A DNA stretch of 64,000 nt, from positions 175,834,001 through 175,898,000 of the forward strand of contig NC_058368.1 in assembly GCF_018350175.1 (NCBI RefSeq). The letters are read 5' to 3'. The notes below the pieces were generated by a model that searched no databases, was not told the origin of the DNA, and saw only the letters and a list, made by a program, of their open reading frames with translations. This document shows positions 61,770-64,000 of this stretch, one piece after another (position 1 is the first letter of the stretch; each line of letters starts with the position of its first letter). The position numbers and the translations under genes are program-made. The stretch comes from Felis catus (lineage: Eukaryota).

Positions 61770-64000
61770 GCTATAAACTCAAATATATCAGTAATTAAAT
61801 GTAAGTGGATTAAGTAGCTCAATTAAAAGTCTATAATTATTAAACTAAATTAAAAATAAAATCTAATATATGCTGCTTATTAGGGTATACCTTAAACATA
61901 GGACATAAAGTAGTTAAAATTAAAGATGATAAAAAAATACCAGGCAAACACTATCCAAAAGAAAGCTGGAATGGCTATCCTGATAGCAAAGTAGACTCAA
62001 GGCAAGAAGCACCATTGGGATGAAAATACAAGTTTAATATGATGAAATGGTTAATTCTCCAAGCAGACACTAAGTTCCCAATTTATATGTACATAAAAAT
62101 CATAGCTTCCAAATATATAAAAGAGGAATTGACAGAATTATAAATGTAGGCAAATCCACACTCACAATGGGAAACTTTAACACGCTTCTCTCAATAAAAG
62201 GTACAGGAGGAAAAAAAATCAGTAAGGGTATATAAGATATAAACAACACAATTAACAACCTTGACTATGTACAGACCACTGCGCAGAAAAGAGTGTGCAT
62301 TCTTTTCAAGCGTACATGGAACACTTACGCTGGCCATAAAAGAAGTTTCAACAAGTTTCAAAGGATTGAAATCACTCAGAATATGTTCCCTGACCGCAAA
62401 AGAATTAAGCTGGAAATAAATTTCAAAAATAAGTAAAAATTCCTCAAATGCTTGGAAATTTAACAATACACTTTTAAATAGGTCAAAGAAAAAAACTTCA
62501 ATGGAGATTGGAAAATATTTTTAACTAAATTATCATGAAAATACGACATATCAAAACATGGGGGATGCAACTAAACCTCTGCTAAGAGAAAACTTATACC
62601 CTTAAATGCATATATTTAAAAAGAAAAAAGAATGGAAATGAATAATCTATTCATTTACCTTAAAGGTAAGAAAAATAGTAAATTGTATCTAGAGAAATGA
62701 GAAGGAAAGAAATAATAAAAAACTAAGAGCAGAAATTAATAAAAATGTAAAACAAACATTCAAGAGAGAAAATCAACATGCCTGAAAGTTAGCACTTGTA
62801 AAAGAATAATAAAAATAGTAGGTTTCTGAGAAGTCTGATAGGAAAATAGCAAAGAAGGCACAAATTACCAGTTTGAGTTTAAGGGAGGACATCAGTTCAT
62901 GTGCTACAGATATCGAAAAGATAATTACAACTTATTACAAACAACTTAATAATGAATTTTAAATTTTAGATAAAACGGAAAACCCTTAGGCAAACAAAAC
63001 TAACAAACACTGATACAAGAGGAAATAAAAAGCCTAAAATAGTCCTATACCTATTACAGTGTTGAAGCTGTAGCTAACAATATCTATCCGAAGAAACCTC
63101 CAGGCAGAAACGGCTCTCCTCCAAGTAAATTCCTCTAAATAGTTATGGAAGAAATGGCACCAATCTTACATGAACAGTTGAATACCCTGGCAGAAAGAAA
63201 ATATTTTCTAACTTGTTGAATGAGGCCATTATAACCTTGACACCAAAAAAGACCAGAACATGGAGAAAAATTATATAAATTACACACATACATATGTGTG
63301 TATACGTACACAATAGACTCTTATTCGACCATTAAGAAAAGAAGAAAACCCTGTCATTTTGTGACAACATGGATGGACCTAGAGGGTATTATGCTAAGTG
63401 AAATAAGTCAGACAGAGAAAGACGAATACTGTACGGTCTCATTTATACATGGGTTCTAAAAATTAAAAAAAATAAATAAATCATAGATGGATACAGAGAA
63501 CAACCTGGTGGTTTCCAGAGGTGGGGAGTGGTGGTAGGCAAAATGGGCACAAGTGGTCAAAAGGTAGAAACTTCCAGTTTATAAATAAGTCCCAGGAATG
63601 TAATGTAAAGCATGGAGACTATAGTTAGTAATATTCTATATTTGAAAATTGCTAAAAGAGTAAATCTTAAAAGTTCTCATTACAGGGTAAAAAGACAGTA
63701 TGTTATTAGACCAAGGATATAAAAATAAACTCATGAAATACAATAGGGACGCTGGAAATAGACCCACATTATGCAGTCATATAATTTTATGACAAAGGTG
63801 ACACTGGAGTGCAATGTGGGGTGTGATGGTCTTACTAACAAATGGCACTTGGGTGATGAGAGAAAAAAAAAAAGACTTTTGATCACTATTATACACCACA
63901 CAATTCCAGATAGGATGTAATTGTGCAAAGTAAAATCAAGTAAAATTATAAAGCTTCTAAAAGAAAATACAGATCTTCACAACTTTGGAGTGCTCAAAGA
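61770..64000 (+). mobile_element. Old L1 ORF2 remnant running off the window end
   Basis: AATTAAATGTAAGTGGATTAA...AAAGAAAGCTGGAATGGCTAT...CATTCTTTTCAAGCGTACATGGAACA...TGAGGCCATTATAACCTTGACACCAAAA. Confidence 0.8.
63290..63690 (+). mobile_element. L1MA-like 3' end inserted in or adjacent to the older L1
   Basis: GACAACATGGATGGACCTAGAGGGTATTATGCTAAGTGAAATAAGTCAGACAGAGAAAGAC...GAGTAAATCTTAAAAGTTCTCA. Confidence 0.8.

Overview
Mammalian nuclear DNA, almost certainly from a felid. The basis is about 24 tRNA-derived CAN-SINEs with the feline SINEC_Fc-type sequence (GGGGCGCCTGGGTGGC...CTGTGTCTCCCTCTCTCT...AAAATAAATAAACGTT) and a carnivore-type L1 3' fragment. The window looks intergenic or intronic. 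I recognise no protein-coding exon, RNA gene or processed pseudogene, and the ORF track is explained by chance ORFs, SINE read-through and L1 remnants. Content is mostly transposable elements (CAN-SINEs, old and younger L1, L2, MIR, MaLR/ERVL LTRs, hAT/MER DNA transposons), microsatellites and a few repeat-free islands that look regulatory. The best leads are a SINE plus 5'-truncated L1 enclosed by one target-site duplication (possible chimeric retrotranscript), a poly(A)-only retro-insertion with a 17-bp TSD, a strong CTCF site with upstream motif, a homeobox-motif-rich candidate enhancer beside a CCAAT/GC-box promoter-like patch, and a cluster of young SINEs including nested and inverted pairs. 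I see no evidence for a new biological system. Subfamily names are by eye and boundaries of old repeats are approximate.
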